From an uncultured Verrucomicrobiae bacterium (GTDB lineage: Bacteria > Verrucomicrobiota > Verrucomicrobiia > Chthoniobacterales > Chthoniobacteraceae): 64,000 nt of DNA. The translations under genes and the position numbers were made by a program. Of this stretch, positions 61,001 to 64,000 are shown in pieces. The notes under the pieces were generated by a model. That model did no database searches and was not told where the DNA came from. It was given only the letters and a program-made list of their open reading frames with translations. How positions within the stretch are numbered: the stretch's first letter is position 1; the number at the start of each line of letters is the position of its first letter. The DNA lies in NCBI GenBank assembly GCA_963769025.1, contig CAVYKI010000006.1:384001-448000 (forward strand). The letters run 5' to 3'.

Positions 61001-61331
61001 CGCACTCGCTGAGCTTTGGCTCGCCATCGGAGACCGAGATCAGGCGAAGAAGTATGCGCTCGCTGCTTACCAGCGGGCATGGCACGAAGGAGAGCCGTTC
61101 GTAGATCGCAACCGATTGAACAAATCCCGCGCGCTGCTGGAGCAACTCGGGGCGGAGATTCCGAAGCTGCCGCCTTACGACCCGGCCAAAGATGAAAAGC
61201 TGCCGTGGGAGGATGCTGTGGTGGTCGCCATCGAAGTACTCCGTGCCAAGAAAGCCGCCGAAGCCGCGAAGGAAGCCGCCAAGCCAAAACCAGCAGCCGC
61301 ACCCGAAAAGCCAACCGGCACCGCCCGATGA
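58089..61331 (+). CDS. DUF4062 / STAND NTPase / TPR protein (1080 aa)
   Basis: VMVSSTFTD...YIGII..KYG...SITELEFDEA; FVGR, GGTGKS, LLVLDGLE, LTSR, HPLTI, LHPVVR; helical C-terminal repeats. The 57432 start in the ORF track is an artefact of the rplK frameshift. Confidence 0.88.
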   Translation: MPNDHSPVPKDFKGVMVSSTFTDVEDHRAALIKIIKAHGLTELAMENDSAKPDVDVIESSLGMVRDGAAYIGIIAKKYGQTPKCPKRNSGKVSITELEFDEAQRLDRPILLFIMGEKHLVLESQIETKAANKRKLNAFRERAKQMGPDSEVHRVYATFNSLEEFKEKAAQSVAELRRYLDEQDDAESKADDIPDEEKKAEKRDPDPIPKPPAFYAEPAYLGSHEFVGRRDQLETLNEWALPADSHPVLLFEAIGGTGKSMLTWEWVRKHAPAVQPWAGRFWYSFYERGAIMADFCQRALAYMTGQPLEELRKKKTTELAPQLLHQLQARPWLLVLDGLERVLVAYHRIDAAQLRDEEAGQTDEIAQRDVCAAIRPEDDELLRQLAAAAPSKLLLTSRLIPRVLLNKASQPIPGVQRVPLPGLRPTDAEALFGACGVTGDSTAIQAYLKTHCDCHPLTIGVLAGLVKDYLPDRGNFDRWSADPDGGGRLNLAELDLVQKRNHILLAAIAALSPESRQLLSMVALLSEAVDYETLKALNPHLPPEIKRVSVPKKPEDHWRWRIMSEEEKEETKKPFETSLQRRAKYEQAMEARLRSPKFLAATKHLAATIKDLESRGLLQYDPQAKHYDLHPVVRGVATGQLAQTEKQTYGQRVVDYFSSRPHIPYEKTETLRDLSDALHVVRTLVQMGHFQEACDAYRGGLARALLFNLEANVEVVALLRPFFPAGWNNLPQQMTEDDAAYLTNDAAIALGRLDQQSAELLCYETAIRSALKRKDWQPVSVYLRNFSVTYFQKGELAKADRYVRFGLDLARLTDDEDEVFMTRLHLFEQLSHRGRLEDAEDVWRSLERMGLDRPRATYRRDYAEFHHAYSRFEQGTLREDDLAETEGLAAKGRTRQLIRWLRRLRGEWLIQRGSWEPAVESLRESVQMAREVGQEDPLAETLLALAKLQFGQLAEPRQDAEQLGNASWIARLALAELWLAIGDRDQAKKYALAAYQRAWHEGEPFVDRNRLNKSRALLEQLGAEIPKLPPYDPAKDEKLPWEDAVVVAIEVLRAKKAAEAAKEAAKPKPAAAPEKPTGTAR

Positions 61332-61381
61332 CGCAGCAAGAAATGCGGCTCGACTGCGAGAAGCGATTCTACGTTACACCC

Positions 61382-62683
61382 ATGCGCGCCGCATTTCTCC
61401 TCCCGCTCCTGCTCGTGATGGCTTGCGATGGGATGTGCGCGGAGGAGGGGAGGGTGCGTCCGCTGATGAAGGATTTCATCGGGCTCAATGTCCACACGGT
61501 GCAGTTCAAGCCGGAGCTGTATGCGCCGGTCACGCGGGTGCTGCGGAATTATCATCCGATCAAATGGGACTTCGGCGAGGACACTTCCGCGGCGTCGACT
61601 TTCCCGTTCGCCAGAAACCGCGTGAACTGGGCGCAGCTCTACGGAAGCTGGAAGAAGGCGGGATACCGCACGCACGCTTCGCTGATGTTCGACGACATCG
61701 CGCCCGGTGCGTGGAAGGACATCGCGCGCGATGCGAAGGCGTACGGGCTCGCGTTTGCAAAGGCGTTCGGCCCGTCCGCGAAGGAGCCGCTGCTCGAAGC
61801 GGTGGAGATCGGGAATGAGCCGGGGAAGTATGACGACGCGACTTACCGGCGGCTGTTCGAGGCGATGGCGCGCGGAATCCGCGCGGGCGATCCCGCGCTG
61901 CGCATCGCGACGTGCGCGGCGAATCTCGGGCCGAGCGGACGCTACTCGAAGAGCGTGGACGTTCTCAGCGGACTCGAAAGCCTGTGGGACATCCTCAACG
62001 TCCACTTTTACGCCGAGACCGAGCCTTGGCCGACATGGCGGCGCAGCTATCCGGAGGATCCGGCGACGAAGTTTGCGGAGAACGTGGGCCACGTGCTGAA
62101 ATGGCGCGGGGAGCACGCGCCGACGAAGGAGGTGTGGGTGACGGAATTCGGCTACGATGCTTCGACGAAGCCGGCGCCGGCGACGGGGGATTTTGCAAAA
62201 TGGGAGGGGAGCACCGAGGAGCAGCAGGCGGTGTGGACCGTGCGATCCTTCCTGCTGCTCGCGCGGCTCGGCGTGGATCGCGCGTACCTCTATTTTTTCA
62301 ACGACAGCGATGTGCCGCACCTCCACGGCAGCAGCGGCATCACGCGGAATTTTGTGCCGAAGCCCGCGTTCCACGCGCTCGCGTGGCTGCAGCGCTCGCT
62401 CGGCGAATACCGTTTCGCGCGGGTGGATCGCGAGGAGGGCGATTGTTACGCGTACGAGTTTGTCCACGGCGCGCAGCCTGGGAAGCGGGCGTGGGTCGTG
62501 TGGCGTCCCGTCGGCGAGCCGCATGTGGTGCGGCTTTTCAACGATCCGCTGCGTGTGGTCCGCGCCGAGCGCATGCCGCTGGTCGCCGGGGAAGCGGAGA
62601 AGGTGGACGTGCGCCAGGAAATCGAGGGCTACATGGCGGTGGAGGCCGCGGAACGCCCGGTGATCATCTGGCTGGAAAGGTAG
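61382..62683 (+). CDS. Secreted clan GH-A glycoside hydrolase-like protein
   Basis: Signal peptide; acid/base EIGNEP; nucleophile WVTEFGY; LNVHFY. Confidence 0.75.
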   Translation: MRAAFLLPLLLVMACDGMCAEEGRVRPLMKDFIGLNVHTVQFKPELYAPVTRVLRNYHPIKWDFGEDTSAASTFPFARNRVNWAQLYGSWKKAGYRTHASLMFDDIAPGAWKDIARDAKAYGLAFAKAFGPSAKEPLLEAVEIGNEPGKYDDATYRRLFEAMARGIRAGDPALRIATCAANLGPSGRYSKSVDVLSGLESLWDILNVHFYAETEPWPTWRRSYPEDPATKFAENVGHVLKWRGEHAPTKEVWVTEFGYDASTKPAPATGDFAKWEGSTEEQQAVWTVRSFLLLARLGVDRAYLYFFNDSDVPHLHGSSGITRNFVPKPAFHALAWLQRSLGEYRFARVDREEGDCYAYEFVHGAQPGKRAWVVWRPVGEPHVVRLFNDPLRVVRAERMPLVAGEAEKVDVRQEIEGYMAVEAAERPVIIWLER

Positions 62684-62740
62684 GGCGCGTTCGCCGAACG
62701 CGGCCCAATTCGCGGGACGGCTCGGCGAGCCGTCCCTACC
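62679..62740. repeat. REP-like GTAG...CTAC double-hairpin element
   Basis: ggtaggg...ccctacc ends enclosing cgcgttcg/cgaacgcg and gggacggctc/gagccgtccc; between convergent genes. Confidence 0.7.
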
Positions 62741-62746
62741 GGGCGG

Positions 62747-63377
62747 TCACGGCGAGTCGGGTTCGGCGGCGACGGCGGTGCGGGCGACCTTCGCGACGTA
62801 GCGGAGCGCGACCACGGCGGCGATGATTCCGACGGCGAGGAAGACGTATTCGAGCGGGTGATGCGGCCTGCCTTTGCCGACGAGCGAGGAGAGGCTGCCG
62901 TGGAAGGTCGAGCCCATCCAGACGAAGAGGCTGTTGGCCGGAATGATCGCGAGACACGTCGCGCCGAGATACGGCCAGAAGCGCACGGGCGTGAGGCCGT
63001 AGCAGTAGTTGGCGATGCCGAACGGGATCGGCACGAAGCGCAGCAGCGCGACAATCTCTCCAGCCTTCGCGGGCGACGGCCTTGTCGATGAGGCGGAATT
63101 TTTCATTGTTGCCCAGCCAGCGGGTCACGGCGGCACGCGCGAGGTGCCGCGCGATCAGGAAGTTGATGCTCGCACCGACTGCGCAGCCCAGCATCAGGCC
63201 GACCCAGCCGCGCGTGAATCCGAAGAAGAGGCCGAATGCCATGCCCAGCGGCGCGACGGGCACCATGACGAGTTGCGCGGCGACAAAGATGCCGGCGAAC
63301 GCGAGAAGCCCGAGGGCGTTCATGTCCTGGATGCTTTGCTGGAGGCGTTCGAGGGATTGGACGAGTTGTTCGAGCAT
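62747..63377 (-). CDS. TVP38/TMEM64 (VTT/DedA) membrane protein, frameshift near 63058
   Basis: GLFFG...GASINFLIARH; LLRFVP.PFGIANYCYGLT. Confidence 0.88.
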
Positions 63378-63436
63378 GTGTGGAGCGCCTTTAGAGCGGG
63401 CATCGCGCCGCGCCGCGAGCGGGAAAAACGGCGGGC

Positions 63437-64000
63437 CTACGTTCCGGGCAGCGCGATTCCCTTCACCCGGCGGTAAAGCGCGACGGCGTAACTGTCCGTC
63501 ATCCCGCTCACGAAATCGAGCATGCGCATGAGCCGCAGATACGGCCCCTCCTCGTGCGCGGCGCGGACGCATTCGGCGGGGAGCTGGCTCGCGAGCTTTT
63601 TGCTGCGCTTCGAAGCACCGTCGCCTTGCGCCGCGATGTCGTTCACGGCGCTCATGAAGACATCGAGCAAACCGCCGAGGACTTCGTAGCCGGCGATCTC
63701 GATCTGCACGCCGCGCGGGGTTGTGTAGATGGTCTCGCGGCTGTGTTTCTGGATCGCGGCGAGCGCGGCGGCGGCGGGGATGACGTCGGTGAGCGGCGTG
63801 TCGAACTTTCCGTCGAGCAGATCCTTTTCGTGATCGAGGAAAAGCGCGGTGCATTGCGAAAGGCATTCGCCGATCGCCATCGCGCGGAGCATCTCGATGG
63901 CGGCCTTGGTCGATGTCATCCCGGTCAGATCCCGCGGGTGTCTCGCCGCAGGGAGGATGGTGAGAAATGCGTCGCGCACGGTCTCGTAGCTGAGGTGTCC
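63437..64000 (-). CDS. dgt: dGTP triphosphohydrolase, C-terminal part (5' end outside window)
   Basis: EIAGYEVLGGLL, YLRLMRMLDFVSGMTDSYA. Confidence 0.85.
   Translation of the reverse strand, partial: GHLSYETVRDAFLTILPAARHPRDLTGMTSTKAAIEMLRAMAIGECLSQCTALFLDHEKDLLDGKFDTPLTDVIPAAAALAAIQKHSRETIYTTPRGVQIEIAGYEVLGGLLDVFMSAVNDIAAQGDGASKRSKKLASQLPAECVRAAHEEGPYLRLMRMLDFVSGMTDSYAVALYRRVKGIALPGT

Noticed and set aside
63437..64000. dGTPase as part of a defence island with the STAND gene
   Set aside because: Host-like codon usage, separated by a hydrolase and a DedA gene, and only partly visible; a housekeeping dgt is more likely.

Overview
GC-rich bacterial chromosomal segment, most likely from Verrucomicrobiota. 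This is inferred from the PVC-type EF-Tu effector loop, planctomycete-type cytochrome c/DUF1592 and WD40-PPC proteins, sulfatases, futalosine-pathway genes and an alpha2-type GlyRS. Content is mostly housekeeping: dnaE, recN, hisG, folE2, tgt, glyQS, ribBA, folD, hemB, mqnE/mqnA/ubiD-like, rpoZ, smpB, tRNA-Val, tRNA-Thr-tuf-tRNA-Trp-secE-nusG-rplK, and a partial dgt, interspersed with secreted hydrolases. Single-base frameshifts in essential genes (dnaE x2, tuf x2, rplK, an extra base in tRNA-Trp) point to uncorrected assembly indels rather than pseudogenes. Most notable: (1) a three-gene envelope operon built around a receiver / Pro-Ala repeat / pseudokinase / TM / FGE-fold protein; (2) a DUF4062-STAND NTPase-TPR (NLR/Avs-like) gene with a mosaic low-GC C-terminus where rplA is expected after rplK; (3) a FemAB-like GNAT + paired SMR transporters + arginase-fold cluster; (4) a palindromic 7-bp-repeat element inserted in frame in the UbiD gene; (5) an exported truncated hemoglobin; (6) a structured leader before tRNA-Thr/tuf; (7) widespread apparent leaderless or SD-independent initiation. 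All family assignments are from motif recognition by eye; no searches were run.
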